From the NCBI GenBank assembly GCA_965216945.1, contig CBDCGU010000003.1, positions 3,526,653 to 3,590,652 of the forward strand: 64,000 nt of DNA. Direction: 5' to 3'. The notes beneath the pieces were generated by a model, which saw nothing but the letters and a program-made list of their open reading frames with translations, was not told the origin of the DNA and did no database searches. The translations under genes and the position numbers were made by a program. Of the stretch, positions 1 through 9,616 are shown piece by piece. Source of the stretch: Acidimicrobiia bacterium. Its GTDB lineage: Bacteria; Actinomycetota; Acidimicrobiia; Spongiisociales; UBA5794. Within the stretch, counting starts at the first letter, position 1; the number at the start of each line of letters is the position of its first letter.

Positions 1-1730
1 AGGTCTTTCCACGCGAGCTCGTCGCCCCCGGCGACAAAACCCTGTGCGGTCCGGACGACCCCTTCTGGAGTCGTCTGCAGCATCGTTGCCGCCCGGGCGA
101 CGGCTTCGTCGACCAGTCGGGAGACGGCGTTCACGATCGCGTTCGTCACGAAGACCGTTGTGCGGCTGGCGAAGGTCCCTTGGCCACCGTCGTGGGCGCG
201 GCTGTCGCCGCTGAGCACGTCTACGCGATCCGGCGACACGCCCAGGGCAGCAGCGAGGACACGGCTTGCCATCACATCGGAGCCTTGACCGACGTCGGTG
301 ACTGTAGTGCCCAACAGAAAGCGGCCCTCCGGAGTCAACTCCAGCTCGAGGGTCTCCTCCTCGCCGAGTGCGGAATGCGTGACGAAGACTCCCCAACCGA
401 GGCCAACTCGCTCCCCTTGTGAGCGCCGGTGCTCGCGCTCCTGCACCCACGTGGCGTAGCGCTCCCGGCGGCAGAGTTCGTCAAGCATTGCCGGGAAATC
501 GCCGCTGTCGAAGATCGGATCGTGATCGTCGCGTCCGAGGTGCTGTCGATATGGGATCTCCTCCGGGCCGATGAGGTTGCGGCGACGCAAGTCGAGCGGA
601 TCCATTCCTATCCGTGCCGCCGCCATGTCGATCATGCGCTCTCGCACCAACGCGGTCTCTCCCGCCGCCGGGCCGCGAACAGTTCCGACCGGCGTCTGCG
701 TGGTGGCTACACCGCGGCACCGAAGGTCGAGACCCTCCCACCGGTAAGGACCGGGCAAGGTCTCGACGATGATCTCCGCCACCCGCCCGCCGATCGGGCG
801 AGGATAGGCGCCCACGTCATAGCGCACATCGTCGCGGAAGTTGAGGAACCGACCGTCCGCGGAGACGGAGATTCTGGCTCGGTGATGCTGCTCGCCGGCG
901 TGGTTGATGGAGATGAGGTGGTCGCGCCGACGCTCGGTCCACCGGACCGGGCGCTGTGTGACTCTTGCGGCCCACGGAACGAGGAAGTCCTCGGGATAGA
1001 GCTCGCCTCGCACACCGAACATCCCGCCCACGTCGACACGGTGGCAGATAACCGATGACGTCGGGATGCCGAAGAAGTCGGCCACGCTCGCCCGGGTGAA
1101 TTGGACGAACTTGGTCGGGCCCCACAGCTCCAGCACGCCGTTGCGCCACTCGGCGACGAGACCGCGCGGTTCGATCGGCAGCCCGGTGTGGCGACTCGTG
1201 GTGAAGGCTGATTCGACGATCACGGCGTCGTCATCGTCGTCGATCTCGCCGAAGGTTGCGGTGATCTCCGACAGCAGGTTGTTGCGGCCGTCGTCCCACA
1301 TTGGGGCTGGGTCGGTGGCGGTCAAATCGGAGACCGCCGGCATTGCATCGATGTCGGCGATCACCAGACTGGCCGCATCCTCTGCTCGGGCGGGTGTGTC
1401 GGCCACGATCACCGCGATCGGTTCCCCGACGTATCGAACCCTGTCAATTGCGATGACCGGCTGACGTCTGCCTGCCATCTGGATGGTCTCGGATTTGCGA
1501 ATCGGGATGGTGGGTACGACAGCGAGGTCTCCCGCCGTAAGCACGGCTTGGACCCCACGCATCGAACGAGCCCCGTCGGTGTCGATGGCGTTGAGCTTGC
1601 CGTGGGCGAAGAGGCTGCGTACGACGCTCATTGCGAGCTCGCCGGGCCGTCGCACGTCGTCGACGTAGCTGCCGAGGCCGCGAACGAAGCGCTCCGGCGG
1701 GGTCATCTTGGCAGCGCGGATCTCGCGCAT
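1..1730 (-). CDS. xanthine dehydrogenase family molybdopterin-binding large subunit (CoxL-like); 3' end cut by window edge; start ATG at 1730 (MREIRAAKMTPPERFVRGLGSYVDD...)
   Basis: Own minus-strand translation. The frame is open to the window edge, so it is absent from the ORF track. N-terminus and internal segments (ETLPGPYRWEGLDLRCRGVATTQTPVGTVRGPAAG; SVICHRVDVGGMFGVRGELYPEDF) parallel the 783-aa paralog at 27441-29792. Confidence 0.65.
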   Translation of the reverse strand, partial: MREIRAAKMTPPERFVRGLGSYVDDVRRPGELAMSVVRSLFAHGKLNAIDTDGARSMRGVQAVLTAGDLAVVPTIPIRKSETIQMAGRRQPVIAIDRVRYVGEPIAVIVADTPARAEDAASLVIADIDAMPAVSDLTATDPAPMWDDGRNNLLSEITATFGEIDDDDDAVIVESAFTTSRHTGLPIEPRGLVAEWRNGVLELWGPTKFVQFTRASVADFFGIPTSSVICHRVDVGGMFGVRGELYPEDFLVPWAARVTQRPVRWTERRRDHLISINHAGEQHHRARISVSADGRFLNFRDDVRYDVGAYPRPIGGRVAEIIVETLPGPYRWEGLDLRCRGVATTQTPVGTVRGPAAGETALVRERMIDMAAARIGMDPLDLRRRNLIGPEEIPYRQHLGRDDHDPIFDSGDFPAMLDELCRRERYATWVQEREHRRSQGERVGLGWGVFVTHSALGEEETLELELTPEGRFLLGTTVTDVGQGSDVMASRVLAAALGVSPDRVDVLSGDSRAHDGGQGTFASRTTVFVTNAIVNAVSRLVDEAVARAATMLQTTPEGVVRTAQGFVAGGDELAWKD

Positions 1731-1808
1731 TGGTGGCGACGAAGGTCTCGGCCCGGGTTGCTCAGTCACGTGCACATCACCCTTTGTGCGAGGAATGCGA
1801 TGTTCTTA

Positions 1809-1817
1809 GAACGTTCG
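1809..1817. promoter_or_regulatory. GAACGTTCG palindromic core (variant of the recurring operator motif) about 80 nt upstream of the truncated CoxL-like gene; overlaps GTTCTTAGAAC near-palindrome (1803-1812)
   Basis: Sequence read directly; shares the CGAACGTTCG core with sites at 24937 and 56437. Confidence 0.35.
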
Positions 1818-1972
1818 GCGGTTGGGAGATTCGGCTGAGAGCCGCGGCAGGCGTCAGCTGGCACCCCGCAACGGCCACCGGAGCCAGGCACGCACTCGTT
1901 GGGAGGGCCCGCGCTGCTTCCCGGGAGGCGGCATCCTGGGCACAGATGTCTGGATCAACCGTGGCGAGCTGC

Positions 1973-3295
1973 TCACCCATCCTCATGCACCGTCCTTCCC
2001 GTTGGTTCCGCTCCCATGGCTGTTCCTGATCCGCCCATGCGAGCACCGGACCTTCTGGCCCAGACCCCCGCGAGGAGGGCAGCCATCAAGGAGACCGCAG
2101 CGATGCAGCCAAAGGCCGGCGCGTAGTCGTTTGTTGCGTCGACTATGAGACCAAACCCGGGCGGTCCGATGGTGTGGCCGGCGAGGAATCCGAGGACGAC
2201 GATCCCAGAGGCGCGTCCGGCCGCCGAGCTTTCTGCCGTGGCAATGGTGGCGAGCATGCCGACGGCCATCCACGATTGCACGCTGGCGCCGGCGAGCCCC
2301 GCTCCGATCCAGATCCAGCGCCCACCCCAGGATTCGGCGCCCCACATGACGCCGCAGGCGAGCATCGAGACGAGTGACAATGCTGCGATCGCCCTCCCAT
2401 AGTGGCTGAGCCGTTCGCTGAAGTGGCCCCAAGTGATTCTTCCCAAGAACCCGACGCCTCCCATGACCGCTGCCGCAGCGCCGGCGAGAGCGACACTGAA
2501 CCCAACCCGCTCCTCGGCATACAGCGGGAGATACGTGAGCAGCGCGCCCCCTACGACTCCCATCGACAAGCCGAGCGACGCTAGCCACCACGCATCTGTC
2601 GGCACCCGGCTCATCGGGGCGGCCTTCGCCCACGAGGCACCCTCGTCCGCTGGGAGGAACACGAGGGTCGAGGCGGCGAGGAGCCAGGCCGCGAGCGCAC
2701 CCAAGGCAAACGTCGGTCGCCAACCAATGCTGGCTGCCCCGACCGGGACGACGAGACCGGCGAGGACTACCCCTAGCTGGACCGCCGATTGCTTGATTCC
2801 GGTCAGCATGCCGCGTTTACCCGGTGGCACGTTGTGGGCGATCACCTTGTTCGTGCTGGGGTTGGCGACCGATTGGGCGACGCCTGCGACAGTCGAAGCC
2901 ACAATCAGCAAGGGGTAGCTGATACCCAGCGCAATGCCGATGAGCCCGATTCCGGCGAGCACGAAGAGCACCACGAGACTCCGCTTGCCGCCGATCCGAT
3001 CGGCCAGCCAGCCGCCGACAGGCGACAGGACGGCACCGGTCAGGGAGTACGCGGAGACGAGATATCCGATCTGCGCTCGGTTGAGCGATAGTTCACCGAT
3101 GAGCAGTGGGGAGAGCACACCGAACGCCACACGGCCGAACACACCGAGCACCATGGCGGCCGACAGGGTGAATGCGAGTCCGGCGCGAGTCAAGAGCGGA
3201 GAGGCCTCTAGGTGTGCCAGTTCAGTGGCCCCGTGACCCTCCGCGATGGCCCGCGCCTGGGCAGCGCCCGTTGACGGATCTTCGGCCGGGCTCAC
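1973..3295 (-). CDS. MFS transporter
   Basis: 440-aa ORF with about 12 hydrophobic segments; Gly/Ala-rich helix pattern typical of the major facilitator superfamily. Confidence 0.75.
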   Translation of the reverse strand: MSPAEDPSTGAAQARAIAEGHGATELAHLEASPLLTRAGLAFTLSAAMVLGVFGRVAFGVLSPLLIGELSLNRAQIGYLVSAYSLTGAVLSPVGGWLADRIGGKRSLVVLFVLAGIGLIGIALGISYPLLIVASTVAGVAQSVANPSTNKVIAHNVPPGKRGMLTGIKQSAVQLGVVLAGLVVPVGAASIGWRPTFALGALAAWLLAASTLVFLPADEGASWAKAAPMSRVPTDAWWLASLGLSMGVVGGALLTYLPLYAEERVGFSVALAGAAAAVMGGVGFLGRITWGHFSERLSHYGRAIAALSLVSMLACGVMWGAESWGGRWIWIGAGLAGASVQSWMAVGMLATIATAESSAAGRASGIVVLGFLAGHTIGPPGFGLIVDATNDYAPAFGCIAAVSLMAALLAGVWARRSGARMGGSGTAMGAEPTGRTVHEDG

Positions 3296-3308
3296 TGGTG
3301 GTTCGCTT

Positions 3309-3320
3309 GCGTGATCACGC
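3309..3320. promoter_or_regulatory. perfect 12-nt palindrome GCGTGATCACGC in the divergent MFS/cupin intergenic region
   Basis: Read directly; lies 14 nt from the MFS start codon and about 180 nt upstream of the first cupin gene. Confidence 0.3.
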
Positions 3321-3497
3321 GAGACCTGTGGCGAAGGCGGACGGCGGTGATCCGGCAGGTGCGACGCGGCGACGGGCGACTCGCGCCTTTACGGTATTGC
3401 CGCTCACCATCATCCGTTGCGGGCACCTCGCTGCACTGGTATACACTACACCGAGCGCCGCGAGCCGCCGCTCGACCGACGAACGGGAGTCAACGCC

Positions 3498-3845
3498 GTG
3501 CATGTGGTCCGCTGGAGAACCGCCGAGCCATATGTTCCGGCGGGGCACGAAGGAGTCGTGAACCGGCTCCTCGCAGGACGGGCCGAAGGTGAGATCGAAG
3601 CTGTCAGCGTGTGGCATGGGACCTTGGAACCGGGCGGCTTTGCCGAGCCACATGTGCACGAGCGCTCCGTCCAGATCTACGTCGGGTTGACCGGGCAGCT
3701 CGAAGTCGAGACTCCTTCGGGAGTCGCCAACATCACGCGCGGTGACGCAGTCATCCTCGCAGCGACCGAGTCCCACGGTATCCGAAACCCGGATGACGTG
3801 GAGATGGCCACCTTGCTCGTCGTCAGCGCCCCTGCGCTGCGGTGA
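3498..3845 (+). CDS. cupin domain protein 1 of 4 (GTG start; RBS GGGAG 9 nt upstream)
   Basis: PHVHE...G cupin motif 1 region; stop overlaps the next start (GTGA). Confidence 0.65.
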   Translation: MHVVRWRTAEPYVPAGHEGVVNRLLAGRAEGEIEAVSVWHGTLEPGGFAEPHVHERSVQIYVGLTGQLEVETPSGVANITRGDAVILAATESHGIRNPDDVEMATLLVVSAPALR

Positions 3846-4255
3846 CGAACGTGTCGACTACGCATCGGCCGGCGGAGCCCTCTCCTGATCGTGTTCGGGT
3901 CCTCGGCAGCGGGCAGCCGCGTCCGCCGGTGGACGTCGTCGTAGGGGCCGGTACGGCCGTGGCGGTCGTGTGGCCGGGCGTCGGCGCTGAGAAACGGTCG
4001 ATGCATCTGGTGTCCCTGGCCGCTCGAGCTCATACTCGGCACCTGCGCCACCGATCCGAAGCCGTGTACTACGTCATCGATGGCACGGGACAGGCATTTG
4101 ACCAGGACGGGTCCGCCGCTTTCGAACTTGGGCCGGGCTCGATGATCCACGTCGAGCCGGGGACCGGCTACAGGTTCGTGGCTGGCACGAATGGTCTCGA
4201 GCTGGTCGGTGGTCCATGTCCGGCGGACTCTCGTCTCTACGGAGACTCGGCGTGA
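3842..4255 (+). CDS. cupin domain protein 2 of 4
   Basis: Small beta-barrel cupin-like sequence; GTGA start/stop overlap with flanking cupins. Confidence 0.65.
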   Translation: MTNVSTTHRPAEPSPDRVRVLGSGQPRPPVDVVVGAGTAVAVVWPGVGAEKRSMHLVSLAARAHTRHLRHRSEAVYYVIDGTGQAFDQDGSAAFELGPGSMIHVEPGTGYRFVAGTNGLELVGGPCPADSRLYGDSA

Positions 4256-4614
4256 GCGAGCGCCTGCACCCGCTGTCGGAATTGGCGTGGGAATCGGTGG
4301 ACGCCCTCGTCGCCAAGAAAGTCATCTCCACCGACCGGATGACGGTCACCCGGTACCGGTTTCAGCCTGGCGGACGTTTCCCGCTGCACGTGCATCCCCA
4401 GCAGCAAGTCACCTTCGTCCTTGCCGGGCGCCTGACATTCACCACGGGCCGGGAGGAGGATGTTGTTGATGCCGAGAATCTGATCGTGATCGAGGAGGGG
4501 GCCCCGCATGTGGCCGTGGCCGGCCCGGAGGGCGCCGAAGTGGTGAGCATCGTCGTGCCGCCGCGTACCGCGTCGGACGGCATCACAATCCTCGAACCAG
4601 GCGGGGGGACGTGA
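4252..4614 (+). CDS. cupin domain protein 3 of 4 (GTG start)
   Basis: HVHPQQQ...G cupin motif; start/stop overlaps on both sides. Confidence 0.65.
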   Translation: MSERLHPLSELAWESVDALVAKKVISTDRMTVTRYRFQPGGRFPLHVHPQQQVTFVLAGRLTFTTGREEDVVDAENLIVIEEGAPHVAVAGPEGAEVVSIVVPPRTASDGITILEPGGGT

Positions 4615-4994
4615 TGGCGATACGGGTGTTCCACAGGGACGAGCCAGATCTGATGATGCCGATGATCGCAGCCGACGCGCGGCTGATCGTCTGGCCGGGT
4701 GTGGGGGCCCACACCGCCAACATGAACTACGTGGACATGCAGCCCGGCGAGTGCAACGTTCCGCATGTGCACGAATCGTCCGAGGACACGCTCTACATCC
4801 TGGATGGGCGTGGCTCGATCGAGGATCTGACCAACGGGGTTCGCCTCGAGTTCGAGGCCGGGGACGCCGTCCATGTCCCGGTTGGGCTGAGGCACGCTGT
4901 GGCGGCTGATCGTGGCTCGCGGATCGAGAGTGTCGGAGGCCCATGCCCTGCCGACCTGGGACTACTGCGTCGCCTCGGCGCCATCCCAGGGTGA
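4611..4994 (+). CDS. cupin domain protein 4 of 4; complete His3Glu metal-binding cupin signature
   Basis: G-x5-HVHESSE motif 1 and GDAVHVPVGLRH motif 2 (G-x5-PxG-x2-H). Confidence 0.7.
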   Translation: MMAIRVFHRDEPDLMMPMIAADARLIVWPGVGAHTANMNYVDMQPGECNVPHVHESSEDTLYILDGRGSIEDLTNGVRLEFEAGDAVHVPVGLRHAVAADRGSRIESVGGPCPADLGLLRRLGAIPG

Positions 4995-5046
4995 GTCGAC
5001 GGCCGTCCCCTGGGCGGAGGGCTGGCCGGAATGAGAAAGGGAGCCC

Positions 5047-5871
5047 ATGCGTATTGCGGATCTGTCGCACACGATGAACATCCACACTCCCGGTTGGGTG
5101 GGATATCCGGGCGGGAAGCTCTACTACACCCAGACGTTGCAGACGAACCGGATCGTCTCGCAGAGGATCGAGACGGCGCTGCACGTCGGCACTCACCTCG
5201 ACGGCGCGCTCCATGCGGCCGATGACGGAGCGAGCATGGCCGACTACGCCCTGACCCAACTCATCGGTCCGGGCGTGATCGTCGACGTCTCCGACGATGT
5301 CGACGACTGGGACGTGATCACGCCCAAGATGATCACCTCGAAAGTCGAGGTGCGTCGCGGGGACATTCTAATCATCCACACTGGTTGGCATCGGTACTAT
5401 GAGGGCCAGCCTCAGCAAGATCTCGTGCGCTACTTCTGCATGCACCCCGGCGGCACGATGGAGCTGGCGCAGTGGATGATCGACATGGAGATCTCGTGGT
5501 GGGGGATTGACGCCGGATCCGGCGACCACCCGATGAACACGACGATCCGCCACATGCGGCCGGATCTAACGGAGCGCTTCGAACAAAAGGTCGGGATGAC
5601 AGCGGCCGAGTTCTTCGGCACGTACCAGTTCACGCACGATCTGAGCGGTCGCGTGGTCGAAGACGATCTGTTCTTGTTCCACCAGATGATGTTTGGCCGG
5701 GGAATTGTGCACGCCGAGAACATCGGCGGGGAGATCGATGCTGTGCTCAACGAGCGCTGCATCGTAGGCGCCTTGCCGTGGAAGTACGAGGGCCTGGAGG
5801 CTTGTCCATGTCGGATCCTGGCCTTCTTCGACGTGGGTGACTCCGTCGAGGAGATCGTCGTCGGTCGATGA
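5047..5871 (+). CDS. cyclase family protein (kynurenine formamidase/arylformamidase-like)
   Basis: HVGTHLDGALH matches the HxGTHxDxxxH signature of the putative-cyclase/KynB family. Confidence 0.8.
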   Translation: MRIADLSHTMNIHTPGWVGYPGGKLYYTQTLQTNRIVSQRIETALHVGTHLDGALHAADDGASMADYALTQLIGPGVIVDVSDDVDDWDVITPKMITSKVEVRRGDILIIHTGWHRYYEGQPQQDLVRYFCMHPGGTMELAQWMIDMEISWWGIDAGSGDHPMNTTIRHMRPDLTERFEQKVGMTAAEFFGTYQFTHDLSGRVVEDDLFLFHQMMFGRGIVHAENIGGEIDAVLNERCIVGALPWKYEGLEACPCRILAFFDVGDSVEEIVVGR

Positions 5872-5955
5872 CCGGTGTACGGCGGACAGGCCATCCGGGC
5901 AACGCGTGCGACATAGGCTCTTCGCCAGCGAAGCGCAACGACGAGAGGATCGGAC

Positions 5956-6603
5956 ATGACCCGACCACCGCAGAGGACGCCGCCCGAGCTGAGATCGGAT
6001 CCGTTCATCCCCTACGCCGATCGCAACGACGTCTCCGATAGGGCAATCGCAGCGTTGCTCGACGGCACCGAGGAGCGAATGGGGTTCCTGCCCAACAGCT
6101 TCCTCCTCTACCTGCATCAGCCCCATCTCCTTCGAGAAGTGACCCGGATGAACAACACCGTGATGCGGCACCCGTCCAATCTGCTGCCCGAAGCCTTCAA
6201 GTACAGGCTTGCGCTTCTCGTGTCTCGCAACCACTCGTGCCGCTACTGCTGTGCTCACGAAGCCCACGTGATGAAGAGGAAGTGGGGCCTCGATGACGAG
6301 CGCATCGACGAGATTCTCCGTCTCCAGAATCCTGAAGATGAGCGCGAAGCGGCCGCGTGGGCATACGTTCATGCCGCTTCGCGCGGCCCCGAGCACGTGA
6401 CCGACGCGATCAGGAGGTGCCTGGCCGACAAGTTCTCGCCTGCGGAGATCATCGAGATTGCGTGCACTCTGGGCTTTTGGACCTTTTACAACCGGGTGCA
6501 CTCGAGCCTTGCAATCCCAATCGAAGAGCACCTTCACCTCGAGGCCCACTGGGTCGACGTGGATTCCCCGGCCCTCTCGGAGATGGACGGCACCGATGGC
6601 TGA
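5956..6603 (+). CDS. carboxymuconolactone decarboxylase (CMD/AhpD-like) family protein
   Basis: HSCRYCCAHEAH Cys/His cluster typical of the CMD/AhpD core domain. Confidence 0.7.
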   Translation: MTRPPQRTPPELRSDPFIPYADRNDVSDRAIAALLDGTEERMGFLPNSFLLYLHQPHLLREVTRMNNTVMRHPSNLLPEAFKYRLALLVSRNHSCRYCCAHEAHVMKRKWGLDDERIDEILRLQNPEDEREAAAWAYVHAASRGPEHVTDAIRRCLADKFSPAEIIEIACTLGFWTFYNRVHSSLAIPIEEHLHLEAHWVDVDSPALSEMDGTDG

Positions 6604-7624
6604 TTCCGCAACGACGACCAGGGCGCTGGGTGTTTGCGACGTGCATGGTCACTTCCTGACACCTGAAGCCATGCCGCTCCTCGGGCACGCCGAGCCCAGG
6701 GTGACGCTCGACACCTACAAGGGCGTACCCGACAACATCCATGTCGCCGGGATGCCGACGGGCGCAACCATCCACCAGCTCAGCTCGATCGAGAGCATGC
6801 TGGAGGACATGGACTCGGCCGGACTCGACCACCGCGTCGTCGCCCCGCCGCCGTTCACGTTTCGCTACTGGGCCGAGCCGTCCTACGGCGTGGAACTGAC
6901 GGCGCTGTTGAACGATGCCACCGCAGCCGCCGTCGCTCAGGCGCCGGATCGGCTCACCGGGTTCGCAACTCTCCCGATGCAGGATCCCGACCTGGCGATG
7001 CGTGAGTTCGACCGTGCCACCGGGGGCCCGGGGCTTCGCGGTGTCGAGCTGAGCGCCTCGGTTGGCGAGCTCAATCTGTCGGACCGGCGCTTTGCGGGTC
7101 TCTTCGCTCACATCGAGCAGTCTGGCCTGCCGATTCTCATCCATCCCGACTTCGTGCCGTACAAGCGGTGGAGGGACTATTACCTCATCAACGTCATGGG
7201 GATGACGGTCGAGACCGGCGCAGCCGTCGCCAACATCATCTTCTCGGGAATGCTCGAGCGAATGCCCGGTCTCCGGTTCTGCTTTGTTCACGGCGGCGGG
7301 GTTGCGCCATACCTGTTCGGGCGTTGGCACAAGTCGTGGGAGGTTCGCGACGAGCCACATCGTGACCTCGACGCCGACTGGCGCGGCTCGCTCCGAAAGA
7401 TGTTCTTCGACTCCTTGACACACTCGCCCAAGGCTATGCGGTTCTTGGTCGACATCGTGGGCGCCGATCGCGTACCCCTCGGCACCGATTATCCGTTCGA
7501 CGTCCGCCATGCTCAACCCGTTCGTGTGCTCGACGAAGTCGAGGGCCTCACCGATGCGCAGCGACAAGCAATCACCGTGGGCGCCGCTCGCGAATGGATG
7601 TACGGCGCCCCGGCGGGGTCCTAG
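6596..7624 (+). CDS. amidohydrolase-2 family protein, ACMSD-like decarboxylase/hydratase
   Basis: N-terminal DVHGHF (DxHxH), internal HGGG and GTDYPF motifs of ACMSD-type amidohydrolases; ATG at 6596 overlaps the CMD stop. Confidence 0.8.
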   Translation: MADSATTTRALGVCDVHGHFLTPEAMPLLGHAEPRVTLDTYKGVPDNIHVAGMPTGATIHQLSSIESMLEDMDSAGLDHRVVAPPPFTFRYWAEPSYGVELTALLNDATAAAVAQAPDRLTGFATLPMQDPDLAMREFDRATGGPGLRGVELSASVGELNLSDRRFAGLFAHIEQSGLPILIHPDFVPYKRWRDYYLINVMGMTVETGAAVANIIFSGMLERMPGLRFCFVHGGGVAPYLFGRWHKSWEVRDEPHRDLDADWRGSLRKMFFDSLTHSPKAMRFLVDIVGADRVPLGTDYPFDVRHAQPVRVLDEVEGLTDAQRQAITVGAAREWMYGAPAGS

Positions 7625-7663
7625 CCGAGTACACCTAGCCGGGGAGATGATCGATTGGATCCG

Positions 7664-9427
7664 CTACGCCGGTGGGATCACGGGCATCAAGAGCTGGCTG
7701 GGATGATCGGGTCCTGTGTGCACGGTCACCTTTCCTCCGAACATCGAGGGTGGCCGGTCCCGTGATTCGTTGTGCCTGAAGGGGCCGACTCCGGTGAAGG
7801 TAACTCCTGAGGTCGCCGTCTTGCCCGGCCGGGCCGGTGGCTGCGGCACCGCCATTTGGTTCATGTAGTCGCGTCCCCGCACGCTCAGACCGAGCCGGTA
7901 CCCGGCCGGGATCACGATGGAAGTGGGCCAGATCTCGATGTCGAGCTCGTAAACCTCCCCTGGAGTGAGGGATTCGGGCGAATCGTGGGTGTGGTACGGG
8001 CGATAGGGCAGCGTGAGGTCCGGATCGAGGGCGCGATGTGACGCCCGAAGCCATCCGTGGGCGATGGGAGTCTGGGGCTCGTTGGCGCCTCGAAACGTGA
8101 TCTCGCTCAGATCGGGGGTAAACACCCGCAGCACGAGAAAGACGTCGGCGTCTTCGGTGTCCGACGAGACGAACAACTTGCAAGCCACCGGTCCGGTAAT
8201 CTCGGTCTCCGCCGCAAGGGGCTCGCTCAGGAAGGTCAGCCCGTTCCCGAACGCCTCGTACGTGCGCTCGTGCGACGTCTCGGGAACCGACTCGTCGAGC
8301 CCGGCGTCGAAGGCGTCGAGGTACCGCTTGGTCCACTGGGTGCGGGCGATCGGCCACTCGTCCTCGGCGCGGAGCTCGAACCGGTTGCCGGGATACCGGA
8401 TGTTGAGGCTGATCTTGGGCTGGTCGGTCCAGCCGGTGTCCTCACCGAGGAGGAAGTGCCCGAAGAACCTCTTTTGCAGATCGACGCCGTAGTCGGTGTA
8501 GAAGTGCGTCCAGTGCTCCAAACCGTGCATCTCGAGCCATTTTTGCTCCGACGCCGACCTCACGAACCCTTCGATGTTGCCTCGCAGATGCAGGCCGGCG
8601 CCTCCCCAGTTTCCAGCAGAGAGGAACGGGACGATGATCTTCGAGTAGTCGGGGATGCGGGCTCGCCAGTAGTCGTCCATGAAGGCATGGGTGAGCAAAT
8701 CCTCACCGAAGTCGGTGGCCATCGCACCCAGAACCTCGTCGATCTCGGTCGATGGGCCTGCGATCCAGTCACCGGTCATCCGGCTGTGCTGACCGCGACT
8801 CCCCAGCCCGTGCTGCTGGGCGAGGACCCGTCCCTGGTACCAGAGGTCTGGGAACGTGCACAGAATGCCGCCGTGGTGTGCGAGGTCGCGATAGAGGTCC
8901 GCAGCCCCCTCCCAAATGCACAACGCAGCGAGGTGTGGTGGCTGCAGCTCCGCCACCTGCCACTGGTTCATTGCGTAGTAGGAGATGCCGTTGATACCGA
9001 CATTGCCGTTGCTCCACTCGCGGGCACCTGCCCACTCGATGCACTCGTACAGATCCCTGGTCTCTCGAGGCGACCAGGGATCGATGAATCCCGGCGATCG
9101 GCCCGTACCGCGGGAGTCGACCCGGACGATGACGAAGCCATCCGGTACCCACTTCTCAGGATCCACGACCTCCCAGCTCTGGTAGGTGTTGGTGGATCCC
9201 TGCGCGGTCTCCGGGTGATCGCTCGTCATTCGGTCCCATTGATATGGAGACCCGTCGGCGAAATGGAGCCACTTCGAATAGGGCCCGTACGAGAGGACGA
9301 CCCCGTGTGTATCGTTGTCGTCAGGTCGGAAGACATCTGCGCGCAACACGAGTCCGTCATCCATCTCGATCGGCACGTCCCATTCGATGCGCATGCCGTG
9401 ACGAACCTCAGAGCGTGGGTAAGTCAT
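7664..9427 (-). CDS. CocE/NonD family hydrolase (S15 X-Pro dipeptidyl-peptidase-like)
   Basis: GISYYA nucleophile elbow, long alpha/beta-hydrolase plus C-terminal beta domain; start moved to MTYPRSE. Confidence 0.7.
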   Translation of the reverse strand: MTYPRSEVRHGMRIEWDVPIEMDDGLVLRADVFRPDDNDTHGVVLSYGPYSKWLHFADGSPYQWDRMTSDHPETAQGSTNTYQSWEVVDPEKWVPDGFVIVRVDSRGTGRSPGFIDPWSPRETRDLYECIEWAGAREWSNGNVGINGISYYAMNQWQVAELQPPHLAALCIWEGAADLYRDLAHHGGILCTFPDLWYQGRVLAQQHGLGSRGQHSRMTGDWIAGPSTEIDEVLGAMATDFGEDLLTHAFMDDYWRARIPDYSKIIVPFLSAGNWGGAGLHLRGNIEGFVRSASEQKWLEMHGLEHWTHFYTDYGVDLQKRFFGHFLLGEDTGWTDQPKISLNIRYPGNRFELRAEDEWPIARTQWTKRYLDAFDAGLDESVPETSHERTYEAFGNGLTFLSEPLAAETEITGPVACKLFVSSDTEDADVFLVLRVFTPDLSEITFRGANEPQTPIAHGWLRASHRALDPDLTLPYRPYHTHDSPESLTPGEVYELDIEIWPTSIVIPAGYRLGLSVRGRDYMNQMAVPQPPARPGKTATSGVTFTGVGPFRHNESRDRPPSMFGGKVTVHTGPDHPSQLLMPVIPPA

Positions 9428-9616
9428 ACACCGGTCTCCTCCCCGATCCGCCGATTGTGGCATACCGGATGCATGTTGTGAGAAGTGACGCGGCTCGCAA
9501 AGGAGCCTCGCAGCTCAGCGGAGAGACGAGCGACGAAGGGCCCTGCGGAACCTGTCGGGTGGAATGCCGTTGAATGAAACGCCGATGCCGCGCGAGTCCG
9601 ACAGAGTTCTCGCGGC

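Noticed and set aside
180-1464. Plus-strand ORFs 180-422, 429-1058 and 1066-1464 from the ORF track
   Set aside because: They are antisense to a continuous minus-strand frame encoding a recognisable CoxL-like Mo-hydroxylase large subunit (start 1730). The plus-strand translations are Arg/Ala-rich GC artefacts with no domain features.
8057-9481. 474-aa plus-strand ORF
   Set aside because: Fully antisense to the CocE/NonD hydrolase gene; Arg/Gly/Val-rich GC-frame artefact.
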